DNA of 58,251 nucleotides from positions 1 through 58,251 of the forward strand of contig JBGSUI010000264.1 in the NCBI GenBank assembly GCA_041736175.1, in the 5' to 3' direction. Shown here piece after piece: positions 19,891 to 29,354 of the stretch (the first letter of the stretch is position 1; each line of letters opens with the position of its first letter). The DNA is from Oligoflexales bacterium. GTDB lineage: Bacteria > Bdellovibrionota_B > Oligoflexia > Oligoflexales > CAIYRB01. The notes under the pieces were generated by a model. That model saw only the letters and a program-made list of their open reading frames with translations. It searched no databases and was not told the origin of the DNA. The position numbers and the translations under genes are program-made.

Positions 19891-20207
19891 GGTAACGGTA
19901 AAACCTTTCCAATATTTTTTCCTTCCAACAGCTCCGGGACCCTTTCGAGGAGCGGACGCAGGTCCTCAAAGCGGTTGCTCTTTGCAGCCAAAACTATGAC
20001 ACCAAAGCGCAGATTAGCGATACGCTGCTGAAATTGAAGGTTACGGTCGACGGTGATAAAGAAATCAAAGTGCTCCTGGATAGCCGCTAGTAGCTTGCCG
20101 TTGGTGAGGCCCGCCCAACCCTGTTCAGGGACAGTGATGACATCATGACCGGTCAGGCAGTGCTTTGCCTTGCGAGGGATGCACTCGTCGAGTAGGATCC
20201 TCATCAA
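19887..20207 (-). CDS. DUF5615 PIN-like toxin (VapC45-like)
   Basis: MRILLDECIP, GWAGLTNGKLL, FITVDRNLQFQQ. Confidence 0.9.
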   Translation of the reverse strand: MMRILLDECIPRKAKHCLTGHDVITVPEQGWAGLTNGKLLAAIQEHFDFFITVDRNLQFQQRIANLRFGVIVLAAKSNRFEDLRPLLERVPELLEGKNIGKVLPLP

Positions 20208-20437
20208 GCCACCGACTGCGCAAGTTTGTCACTTAAGAGCTCAAGAACTTGAATCACCAGCTCCTTTGACACGGTAGGGAAGTCATCAAGAAACTGGTTC
20301 ACGTTGTCGCCGCCTTCGAGATAGTCAATGAGCGTTCTTACTGGGACCCTCGTGCCGGAAAACACAGGTGTGCCGCCCATGACATCATCGGATTTTTGAA
20401 TCGGACCTTTACTTGTCATGATGTTTCCCTCCCTCAT
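20204..20437 (-). CDS. DUF433 antitoxin
   Basis: DVMGGTPVFSGTRVPVRTLIDYLEGG...FLDDFPTV; likely start at 20419. Confidence 0.92.
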   Translation of the reverse strand: MREGNIMTSKGPIQKSDDVMGGTPVFSGTRVPVRTLIDYLEGGDNVNQFLDDFPTVSKELVIQVLELLSDKLAQSVA

Positions 20438-20824
20438 GAGTAGACGTTACTATACCAAACAGAGCGGCAATTGATAGGGCAATCGTGCATCGGTCTCGGT
20501 ATTTGTATTTCGAAATAGGGTCGGCCATTTAACTCCTTAATTGCTTGTGTTTGATCCATTCCAAATAAGGCGTATGGTTTCGTGGTTTGTGCCCTGGCGG
20601 CGGGCTGATTGAATTAAAGGTGTCATATTTTGGGTGCTACTCAGTTTCATCTCGATGGCAACCCAAATCACTTTATACGCCAGAAGGGGGTGTTCGGACA
20701 GTTGTCGTGTTGCCGCTTTTGAACTCTGGCCCAACTGTATTACATGGGGTCAGACCATCCAATCGAGGATCTTTATTCAAAACACTCCCGTGGAAGAATC
20801 CTATGAGGTCGAACTCACTCCCTT

Positions 20825-22330
20825 TTAGCACGAGTCACGAAACAGGTCGTCGATTCCTATGATGCCGACACGACGGCTGCGAGCCTTACTAAGTAGGGAT
20901 GACGTCGCTCCTCCAGGGAGTAACAGGAAGTGGCTCCGTCGTCCCGTTTGCTTGAGGCCGGGATAAATTTTCCCTTCGACTTGGTCCAGAAGGTCGGCCG
21001 ACGCCGCTTTACGACCCAACCATTTACATTCGATAACCCTCGTCTCTCTGTCATCAACACTATTCACTACAATATCGATTTGAGTCTCTCCCGGCAGCCA
21101 GTAAGTCCCGACATTGAATGAAACCGACTCAACCCCTAGTAAATTAAACATCCGCTCTCTGCGGGCCATCAGATTGTCTTTACCGCGGTCTAGTATCTTG
21201 GTTACCAGAAGCTCCAACGCCTCGCCTGAGAAATTCGGGATATAAAGGCCGTGCTCAGATTTCAAGACCTCAGTTGTGAACAGCATTCCTCCGCGGTCGT
21301 TTGCTCTAATTTTCGCTGCAATGGGTTCTAGAACCTGAAAATAAAAATTCATGAACAGGTCGTCGATATAGTACTTGGCACCGGCCTGATTCTCTTTGAC
21401 CTTGCCCAGCGGGAGTCTAAGCTTGACCAGTCCCCAATCGACCAACCTTCCTAGAATGATATGGACGAGGGCCTGAGACATTCCAGTCCGCTTGACGACG
21501 CCGCTCTCGGTCCCGCCCGTGATGCCGAGATGACTCAAGACCTTTTTTACGTTCGTGCGTGACGACGCCATTGCTGTCTCCACCTTAAGGATGGAATCAA
21601 TCTCTTCTAGAAAGATTGTTCCAGATGTGAAGAATGCCTTATTGATAGCACGCATCGCATTGTCGCCTTCCAAAGTATCCAAATAGTAGGGGATCCCTCC
21701 GGTGATCATGGCCACTAGTATGACTTCCTGATGCGTCCATCCCGGGCCATAATAGGTTTTGATCTCTGTAAGGTCAAAAGGAGGAACCCATAGGGATGCC
21801 TGGGTTCTCGTACCTCTGAGGACGGCTAGTTCGCCGTCGACATATTGATGGAAAAAATTGCTTGATGATCCAGAAATGATGATCTTTAGCTGGCCCTTGT
21901 TTTTGTAATCCTCCCAAAAGCTCTTGAGCAGCCCCACAAAACCGTTTCGGCCGGAAGCTATCCATTGGATCTCATCTAGCATGAGGACCAGCTTACCTTT
22001 TTTTACCAGGCTTTCTTTCGCCAGGTGGGCGAAAATAAAATCCCACGTCAATTTGACCGCAGCAAATGCTCCAAGATCTTCTCTCCCGAGGAAGGCGTCC
22101 CACTCACGGACGAACCGCCTCCGGCAAGCTCTGTCGGCCTCGTCGTCGCGGCCGGAAAAATAGAAGCACCGAGGATACTCATCCCGAATCTTCTTTAGGA
22201 GTTCAGATTTTCCGATCCTACGCCGCCCTCTAACGTGAAGAAACCCAGATTTAGGAGCAGAGAGAAAGTCGACAATGGCCCGCCTCTCCGCCTTGCGGCC
22301 AAAAAATGGCTTTGTCGTGGTGGTTTCCAT
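20825..22330 (-). CDS. AAA ATPase (ATPase_2-type) with wHTH and PD-(D/E)XK-like C-terminus
   Basis: FFGRKAE, GRRRIGKS, VLMLDEIQW, TGGIPYYL, QIDIV...IECKW. Confidence 0.88.
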   Translation of the reverse strand: METTTTKPFFGRKAERRAIVDFLSAPKSGFLHVRGRRRIGKSELLKKIRDEYPRCFYFSGRDDEADRACRRRFVREWDAFLGREDLGAFAAVKLTWDFIFAHLAKESLVKKGKLVLMLDEIQWIASGRNGFVGLLKSFWEDYKNKGQLKIIISGSSSNFFHQYVDGELAVLRGTRTQASLWVPPFDLTEIKTYYGPGWTHQEVILVAMITGGIPYYLDTLEGDNAMRAINKAFFTSGTIFLEEIDSILKVETAMASSRTNVKKVLSHLGITGGTESGVVKRTGMSQALVHIILGRLVDWGLVKLRLPLGKVKENQAGAKYYIDDLFMNFYFQVLEPIAAKIRANDRGGMLFTTEVLKSEHGLYIPNFSGEALELLVTKILDRGKDNLMARRERMFNLLGVESVSFNVGTYWLPGETQIDIVVNSVDDRETRVIECKWLGRKAASADLLDQVEGKIYPGLKQTGRRSHFLLLPGGATSSLLSKARSRRVGIIGIDDLFRDSC

Positions 22331-22403
22331 AAGGTCTCCGTGCGGTAGAGTTAACAGTCACCCAGGTGCGTTGCCCTCAAGCTCCTGTTCGGAACTTCGT
22401 GTA

Positions 22404-22562
22404 AAAACATAAATTTAAAATGCTCGAACTTCAACTTAATGTTTTAACATAACTAAATTATTGGATAAAATTTATAATCGCTTTACGATGAACATGTTTA
22501 TGATTTGAAATCAGACACTTAAAAACATAAAAACGCATGACCGCTCTTCTACTTTATGTTTT
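22404..22562. promoter_or_regulatory. Two inverted AAAACATAAA...TTWATGTTTT operator pairs upstream of ATPase 20825-22330
   Basis: AAAACATAAA at 22404 with TTAATGTTTT at 22436; AAAACATAAA at 22522 with TTTATGTTTT at 22553. Confidence 0.6.
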
Positions 22563-22624
22563 CTAGGTTTGTGGGCGCTTACGCCGCCCGGGCTTCCCTG
22601 GTTTAAAGCTTGCTCAGGTGAACC

Positions 22625-22719
22625 AAGTGGGGTCGACTGTATCTTTTACTCTAGCCGCAAGACCCGATATTATATCTGGTAGGAATTATATCTCCCAGAT
22701 ATAATAGACCCAGGGGGAC
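22625..22719 (+). repeat. Direct repeat copy 2; promoter/operator and RBS of ATPase 22726
   Basis: Contains the palindrome ATTATATCT-CCC-AGATATAAT, a TATAAT -10 box and an AGGGGG RBS just upstream of the ATG. Confidence 0.92.
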
Positions 22720-22725
22720 CTGAAG

Positions 22726-24066
22726 ATGAGTAAATTTGTTAATAGATTAAATGAGTTGGAAATACTTAAAGAAAGTCAGGCTGGATTAACGGTCGTCTTC
22801 GGGCGGCGGCGTATTGGCAAGACGACGCTTATTGATCGCTGGGGCCAGTCGCAACCTTATTTTTATTCTCAGGCGATTGAAGGAGCTGAATCGATCCAGG
22901 TCACCCAGCTGGTGGAAGATCTAGCGGCCGTTTTACCTGGAGGGCTTAAGGCTAAAAGTTGGGCTGAGCTGTTACCTATTCTGTCATTGATTCGCCAAAA
23001 GGCTGTGATCGTCCTTGATGAGTTTCCATACCTGGTGAGATCCCAACCATCATTGCCATCGCGCCTGCAAAAGTGGTTAGATCACGATAGACCGGAGAAC
23101 CTTCGATTGGTACTTTTAGGGTCGTCTCAAACTATGATGAATAGTCTTTTCCTAGATTCTAAGGCTCCCCTTTATGAAAGGGCTGATTTAATCCTGCACG
23201 TCCAGCCCATGGGATATAGGTTTTTCTGTGAGTCCGTCGGCGTAGATCCATATGATTCGAGCCAGTTTGAGAAATACTCGCTTGTTGGCGGGGTGCCACG
23301 CTACTGGGCATCAGTGAGACCTCGAGACTCCGCGCAAGATATTGCGGAGAGACTCTTTTTCAGTCGGTTTGCTCAACTTGAAACTGAGCCCGACCGGCTC
23401 TTAAAAGATGAGGAGATTAACGGGATGCAGGCAAAGTCAATATTTGAGTGCATCGGTCGCGGTGCCCATAAACCGTCCGAAATTGCCGCTCGCATGGGGA
23501 TTGAGCAAACAGCCCTCTCTAAGCCCATCCAAGTTCTTTTACACACATCCTTGGTTAAAAGATCTTTACCATTTGGAGAAAGCACGCGGAGTTCGAAACG
23601 AACCCTTTATTCCATATCCGACTATGCCCTGATGTTTTGGTATGGGAGCTACTCGCCCCATCGTTCTAGGTGGCACACCTATTCTGACAAACAAAAGCAA
23701 CAGATCATCCACATTCATGCCTCCGCGGTGTTAGAAGACAGTTACCGAAATTTGTTTCCAGACGGCGCCCGCTACTGGGATGGCCAGGGAGCTGAATTTG
23801 ACTGCGTTCGCCACGCTCCAAGGGATTCTACAAAATTGATCATCACAGAAATCAAACATCGAGAGATCAAGGCTATGGAAAAGGCGAGTTTGAGCCAAGA
23901 GATGACAAAAAAGTTCCATTCATCCAAGCTCTCTAAAAACTATGGACTTGCCGGTGTAGAGATTCTAGGGACAAGAGAAGTGCTCTCCCGCCTCTGTGTC
24001 AGTGGCGATAGTGATGGTGACGACTTTGTAGATAAACCGTGTCTAAATCCCATTTTTCAGGTATAA
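22726..24066 (+). CDS. AAA ATPase (ATPase_2 + DUF234-like), wHTH, PD-(D/E)XK-like C-terminus
   Basis: FVNRLNEL, GRRRIGKT, IVLDEFPYL, GGVPRY, EFDCV...TEIKH. Confidence 0.9.
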   Translation: MSKFVNRLNELEILKESQAGLTVVFGRRRIGKTTLIDRWGQSQPYFYSQAIEGAESIQVTQLVEDLAAVLPGGLKAKSWAELLPILSLIRQKAVIVLDEFPYLVRSQPSLPSRLQKWLDHDRPENLRLVLLGSSQTMMNSLFLDSKAPLYERADLILHVQPMGYRFFCESVGVDPYDSSQFEKYSLVGGVPRYWASVRPRDSAQDIAERLFFSRFAQLETEPDRLLKDEEINGMQAKSIFECIGRGAHKPSEIAARMGIEQTALSKPIQVLLHTSLVKRSLPFGESTRSSKRTLYSISDYALMFWYGSYSPHRSRWHTYSDKQKQQIIHIHASAVLEDSYRNLFPDGARYWDGQGAEFDCVRHAPRDSTKLIITEIKHREIKAMEKASLSQEMTKKFHSSKLSKNYGLAGVEILGTREVLSRLCVSGDSDGDDFVDKPCLNPIFQV

Positions 24067-24083
24067 CGTCTCTAGTTGTCTAT

Positions 24084-25700
24084 ATGAGGGTCCTTTCGCG
24101 AGGTGTTCTTATTCCTAAACTAATTGTTCGTAATACGATGATTTCAGACTTTGACGGGATCCGAGCTTTGTATGCTCGCGTATACCCGCAGTTTCCAAAT
24201 TACACCCACGAAATGCTGCTCGGGCAGCTCAATAACTTTCCCGCGGGCCAATTTGTAGCGATCTACGACGATATTCCTGTGGGCTTTTGTTGCACCTTTA
24301 GGATCGCTAAACGGATTGCCCTTGAACCCCACTGCTGGGATGAGATCACGGGGGGAGGGTATGCGTCGCGTCATGACCCCGAGGGAGATCTCCTCTATGG
24401 CATGGAACTTTTTGTTGACCCTGCTTACCGGGGTCTGCGCATAGGCCAACGCCTCTATAACGAGCGTAAGAAGCTGTGCCAATACCTCCGCCTTACGGGG
24501 ATTACCTTTGGAGGTCGCATGCCTGGCCTATCGCGGCGGATTAAAGAAGTAAAGACCCCGGAGCAGTATATCCAGTTGGTCTCGCAAAAAAAAATCCGAG
24601 ATATGGTGCTCACGTTTCAAATCCGTAATGGCTTTGAGGTGATTGGACTCCTCAAAGATTATGTACCCACCGACTCTGAATCGATGGGTTATGCAGCGCA
24701 TCTTTTATGGCGCAACCCCCAGGTGAGTGCAGCCAATTCCAACAAAAATTCCATCGATGGGCGACTTCCCGATTCGGTGCGTATCGGCACCGTTCAGTAC
24801 AGGCAAAGACGCATTGATTCCTTTGAAGAGTTCGCCAAGCATGTGGAGTACTTTGTCGATGTGGTCGCGGATTACAAAGGGGATTTTGTCGTCTTTCCGG
24901 AGCTCTTCACTCTCCAACTCCTCTCTTGCGAACCTGAGCAGTTGTCCCCATCTCGGGCCATCGAAGCGCTGACCCGTCATACAGAACCCTTCAAAAAAAT
25001 GATGGGCGATCTGGCGATTCGATACAATATCAATATCATTGGTGGCTCTCACCCGACTATGGTCGAGAGTGGTGAAGTCCAAAATATCTCCTATGTTTTT
25101 CTGCGTGATGGATCGGTCCACGAACAAGTTAAAATACATCCAACCCCCAGCGAACGGTTTTGGTGGAACATCTGTGGCGGCTCCGAAGTGCGGACGATCC
25201 AAACCGACTGTGGTCCTATAGGTATCTTGATCTGTTATGACGCTGAGTTTCCAGAACTCGCTCGCCACCTTATCAATCAGGGTGCACAAATCCTCTTTGT
25301 GCCCTTTTGTACCGATGAACGTCAGAGCTACCTTCGGGTCCGGTATTGTGCTCAAGCCCGGGCCGTGGAGAATCAATGTTATGTGGCGATGGCCGGTAAT
25401 GTTGGAAATCTACCCGGAGTGAGCAACATGGATATTCAATATGCCCAAAGCTGTATCTTAACGCCCTGTGATTTTCCCTTTGCAAGGGATGGAATCGCAG
25501 CTGAAAGCGAACCAAATGCAGAGGCGGTGGCTATTGCAGATATCCGGATCGAAAACCTAACGACGGCACGCAATGCAGGAACGGTACAAAATCTAAAGGA
25601 TCGGCGATTTGACCTCTACAGTATTCAATGGAAAAAGCCCCTTCCGCCCAAGCCGATCCAGATCTCGACTGAGATTAAGAATCATCTAGGCTCCACGTAA
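24084..25700 (+). CDS. Bifunctional GNAT acetyltransferase / carbon-nitrogen hydrolase
   Basis: GNAT motif VDPAYRGLRIGQRLY; nitrilase triad motifs FPELF, KIHPT, ICYDAEFPE. Start codon uncertain. Confidence 0.92.
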   Translation: MRVLSRGVLIPKLIVRNTMISDFDGIRALYARVYPQFPNYTHEMLLGQLNNFPAGQFVAIYDDIPVGFCCTFRIAKRIALEPHCWDEITGGGYASRHDPEGDLLYGMELFVDPAYRGLRIGQRLYNERKKLCQYLRLTGITFGGRMPGLSRRIKEVKTPEQYIQLVSQKKIRDMVLTFQIRNGFEVIGLLKDYVPTDSESMGYAAHLLWRNPQVSAANSNKNSIDGRLPDSVRIGTVQYRQRRIDSFEEFAKHVEYFVDVVADYKGDFVVFPELFTLQLLSCEPEQLSPSRAIEALTRHTEPFKKMMGDLAIRYNINIIGGSHPTMVESGEVQNISYVFLRDGSVHEQVKIHPTPSERFWWNICGGSEVRTIQTDCGPIGILICYDAEFPELARHLINQGAQILFVPFCTDERQSYLRVRYCAQARAVENQCYVAMAGNVGNLPGVSNMDIQYAQSCILTPCDFPFARDGIAAESEPNAEAVAIADIRIENLTTARNAGTVQNLKDRRFDLYSIQWKKPLPPKPIQISTEIKNHLGST

Positions 25701-26163
25701 ACTGGCAGCAGATCCAATCGCTATCAGCAGTAAACCAAAGTCGATTGCAATGGGGGGCGTCCTCATAGCGAGAGAGGACTGCCAGGGGGTCTTTTTCGAC
25801 ACTCGGGGGGCTCATCCTAGTATGGAGTCTCTCCAGGGACTTTCGCACTTGGCCCGCAAGGAGGTTGGTGGCTTCCCCAACCCAGTCTTCGATAATGCTG
25901 GCATCCTCGGGAGCAGTTTTGCCCATGGGGTTAGTGAACTGAGCGGACTCGCTGGTCATGGACAAGACCAGAGTCCCTCGAAGGCTGTCACTGAAAATCC
26001 CGATGACCCCTGCATAGTCGGTTGAGCTAAAACCAAGATCTCGATCCACCTCGGACTCTGGCACAAACTTGATTGAGGATCCCAAGATATGGGGTATGGC
26101 GCTATTTAAGATTTTATCAATTTCAAGAGAAAAATCTTCATTTTTGAGGGACATGGAGAACAC
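25675..26163 (-). CDS. CheX-like phosphatase
   Basis: GVIGIFSDSLRGTLVL, DWVGEATNLLAG (ExxN motif), MSPPSV. Confidence 0.8.
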   Translation of the reverse strand: MFSMSLKNEDFSLEIDKILNSAIPHILGSSIKFVPESEVDRDLGFSSTDYAGVIGIFSDSLRGTLVLSMTSESAQFTNPMGKTAPEDASIIEDWVGEATNLLAGQVRKSLERLHTRMSPPSVEKDPLAVLSRYEDAPHCNRLWFTADSDWICCQFTWSLDDS

Positions 26164-26297
26164 TCCGGTCTAGTGGTTCCAATGATTGGAAAAATCAGGG
26201 TGTGGACTAGTGTTTGATATTGTGGCAACTTTATGGTAATGTCAAATTATATAAACTATTATCTAATTGTCCAATTCTCACCATAGTCGGGGCCTTT

Positions 26298-26666
26298 GTG
26301 GGCAAAAAGATTCTCATCGTTGATGACTCAAGAACGGCACGGGTGATGATGGGGCGTGAGCTCGATAAAGCTGGCTATCTCGTTGTTGAGGCTGTGAATG
26401 GCAACGACGCTCTAGAAAAAATCCAAGCCCACCCCGATATATCGTTGATGATTAGCGATATCAATATGCCGTGGAAAGATGGGATTGAGTTGCTTACGGA
26501 AATTAGGCAGATGGAATCCCTTAAAACCTTGCCGGTCATGATGGTGACCACGGAATCGGGGCAAGATGTCCTGGCTAAAGCAAAAGAACTGGGAATAGCA
26601 GGATTTTTGATTAAGCCTGTAGCCGCTGGAATGATTGCCGCTGCGGTGAACAAGCTTTTGGCATAA
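26298..26666 (+). CDS. Single-domain response regulator (CheY-like)
   Basis: ILIVDDS, ISDINMP..DG, VTT, FLIKP; GTG start at 26298. Confidence 0.92.
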   Translation: MGKKILIVDDSRTARVMMGRELDKAGYLVVEAVNGNDALEKIQAHPDISLMISDINMPWKDGIELLTEIRQMESLKTLPVMMVTTESGQDVLAKAKELGIAGFLIKPVAAGMIAAAVNKLLA

Positions 26667-26692
26667 CAAGCTTGTTTAAGGGTGAAGCTGTT

Positions 26693-27067
26693 TCAGACCT
26701 TTTTGACAAACTGTGACTTGAGGTTCATGGCGCCAAATCCTTCGATCCTGCAGGCGATATTATGCCCGTCGCCAGGAGCGTCAGCACCAGCAAGCAGTCT
26801 GATATTTTTTACCTTTGTTCCCACTTTAACGGACCCTGAGGCCCCTTTAATCTTGAGGTCCTTAATCACAGTGACCGTATCGCCATCGGTGAGGGGTGTC
26901 CCGTGGGCATCCACAATGGTCTCTGACGCGGTCTCGTCAGCAGACTCTTTAGGCCCAGTAGGTGTGAGGGAGGCGGTTTCTAAAAAGCAGTCAGGGCAGA
27001 TCCATAGGCTCCCGTCATGATAGATATTTTGTGAGCCGCACTGGTGGCACTTGGGGTCTTGCTGCAT
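26693..27067 (-). CDS. phnA: PhnA/YjdM zinc-ribbon protein
   Basis: CHQC...WICPDC, DAHGTPLTDGDTVTVIKDLKIKG, KVGTKVKNIRL, LKSQFVKK. Confidence 0.92.
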   Translation of the reverse strand: MQQDPKCHQCGSQNIYHDGSLWICPDCFLETASLTPTGPKESADETASETIVDAHGTPLTDGDTVTVIKDLKIKGASGSVKVGTKVKNIRLLAGADAPGDGHNIACRIEGFGAMNLKSQFVKKV

Positions 27068-27224
27068 GTTTAGGCCTTGTCTATATTTGGGGGGTGAGCA
27101 GCCGCTGCTCTCCTTAGGTACCAAAATCAACAGGCAGAATAAAGGCTGATTTTTTAGGTTAGGTCGCGGGTATGGGGATGGTTTTGGATTTTTCAGGTTT
27201 GCAGTGGCTACGAAATAGGGTTGT

Positions 27225-29354
27225 GTGGTATTCAGAATTATCTGGAAAATATCCAAAGCTACGGATTGTCATTGGCTCACACATTGTCATCGATCGGGGA
27301 GAACCTTGCAGGCAGAAGTAAAAGTGAGCCTTCCAAAGGATAAATGGCTGGTTTATACCTTTTGTCACCGACCTATTCGCAAAACACTGCATCTGGCTAC
27401 TGGAGTCACGCGAGTAATCGCCAGGTTGTTTGAAAAATACAACCAAAAATTGATTCAGTCCCTTTACACATCCTATCCTGAACTGTACCAGTATGAACAA
27501 AAAGATCAAGTGGTCACTCAGTTAAAAAGTGACCAGTTGCACCTGGATTATCTACAAAAAAGCAAGCTCTTTGCTCTACCTTTTTCTTACCAACCCAAGA
27601 TTAGCATCGTGATCCCGGTCTATAAAGTAAAACCATCGATCTTAAATGAAACTCTGTTATCTGTCGTCACCCAGACCTACGGGAAATGGGAGATCTGCCT
27701 TGTAGATGACGCATCTAACGATCCAAAGATTACGGATATCCTAAATCTATACGCGGCTAAATTTCCTGGTCAAATCCATGTTAAAGTCAACTCTAAAAAT
27801 CTCCATATCAGCGAATCTTCAAATGTTGCTCTAAAAATGGTGACGGGGGATTACGTGGGCTTTTTAGACCACGATGACCTCCTGATTCCCTCTGCCCTAG
27901 CCGAGATGGTAAGGGCGATCAATAAAAACAACCAACCTGATATTCTGTACTCTGACGAACGGGTCATCGCTGAAGACGGATCTTATCTCCATGGCCCCTT
28001 TTACAAGCCTGCATGGTCTCCAATGTTGCACCTGAGCTGCAACTACACCACCCATTTCAGCGTCTACTCTAAGGAAATTATCGACAAAACGGGGGGATTT
28101 CGCAAGGGCTTTGAGGGTTCACAAGATCATGACCTCATGCTACGTGCCGTGGAGTTGTCTCATAAACCCGTAGTTCATGTCCCCTTTATCCTCTACCTAT
28201 GGCGAGCGACTTCAGGGAGTACCGCCCTTAACACAGAAGAAAAGCCCTATGCCGCTATTCATGGTATCAAAGCGATCACCGAGTCGCTCCAGCGACGTGG
28301 ACGGGAAGCTCTGGTCGAATGGGAACCGTTTTCGTTTCATTACCGGATCAAATATAAACTCCCCGCCTACAATCCCAAAATCTCTATCATCATACCCACC
28401 AGAGACAGGGTTGATTTGCTTAAAAACTGCCTCAATTCCATCAAAAATAAGAGCCTTTATCATCCGTATGAGATCATTGTGGTCAACAATGACTCCTTAG
28501 AAAACTCTACCCTTGAGTATTTTGCAGAGCTTAAAGAAGCCCAAAAACAGGGCGAAGCCGTGCGCGTCATCGATGTTCGGGGGGTATTTAATTTTGCTAG
28601 GCTCAACAATGAAGCGGTTAAAGTCGCCGCTGGCGAGTATCTGGTCCTCTTAAATAACGATACGCTGATCCAAGCTCCCCAGTGGTTGGATGAAATGCTT
28701 TCCATAGCCCAGTGGCCTGAGATAGGTGCTGTAGGCTGCAAACTCCTTTACCATGATGGGACCCTGCAACATGCTGGGGTAGTCCTCCAAGACCGACGTA
28801 TTGCTGCCCATGCCTTGCGGGGATTGCCATCAGGAGCCAGAGACTATATCAGCATGGCCAACACGATCCACGAGACGGCAGCGGTCACAGCTGCTTGTTT
28901 GATGATCAGCAAGGAGAAATATCTTAAAGTCGATGGACTTGATGAGCTTTACCTCCCTAATGGGTTTGGTGATATCGACTTTTGTTTAAAGCTCCTCAAG
29001 GCTGGGTTTACCAATGTATACACGCCCTATGCGGTGGTGACCCACCTTGAGTCCAAGAGTCGCGGTCGGACCATTGAGCACTTCGAAAAGCAAGTGATGC
29101 TTGAGCGTTGGGGATGGGATTTACTCAATGACCGCTATGTCAATCCTAACCTGAACGGAAATGAATATTACATCCATCCCCATGAGATTGATTCCATCGA
29201 CTTTAACCGCAATGTACTCGAAGCCTATTGGGCTGAAGAGTTAAAGGAACTGGGTGGACTTACCTTTAGTCCCGCTTTTGGAGCTTTTCACTTATCCAAT
29301 CCCGATAAAAGCTGCCGCTGGTGTACCAGCCTTTTGAGTCGCATCCATCGTTAA
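27225..29354 (+). CDS. Tandem GT2 glycosyltransferase
   Basis: Two GT-A domains: ISIVIPVY/VDDAS/FLDHDD/GSQDHDL and ISIIIPTRD/LLNND/DIDFCL/HLESKSRG. Start uncertain. Confidence 0.92.
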   Translation: MVFRIIWKISKATDCHWLTHCHRSGRTLQAEVKVSLPKDKWLVYTFCHRPIRKTLHLATGVTRVIARLFEKYNQKLIQSLYTSYPELYQYEQKDQVVTQLKSDQLHLDYLQKSKLFALPFSYQPKISIVIPVYKVKPSILNETLLSVVTQTYGKWEICLVDDASNDPKITDILNLYAAKFPGQIHVKVNSKNLHISESSNVALKMVTGDYVGFLDHDDLLIPSALAEMVRAINKNNQPDILYSDERVIAEDGSYLHGPFYKPAWSPMLHLSCNYTTHFSVYSKEIIDKTGGFRKGFEGSQDHDLMLRAVELSHKPVVHVPFILYLWRATSGSTALNTEEKPYAAIHGIKAITESLQRRGREALVEWEPFSFHYRIKYKLPAYNPKISIIIPTRDRVDLLKNCLNSIKNKSLYHPYEIIVVNNDSLENSTLEYFAELKEAQKQGEAVRVIDVRGVFNFARLNNEAVKVAAGEYLVLLNNDTLIQAPQWLDEMLSIAQWPEIGAVGCKLLYHDGTLQHAGVVLQDRRIAAHALRGLPSGARDYISMANTIHETAAVTAACLMISKEKYLKVDGLDELYLPNGFGDIDFCLKLLKAGFTNVYTPYAVVTHLESKSRGRTIEHFEKQVMLERWGWDLLNDRYVNPNLNGNEYYIHPHEIDSIDFNRNVLEAYWAEELKELGGLTFSPAFGAFHLSNPDKSCRWCTSLLSRIHR

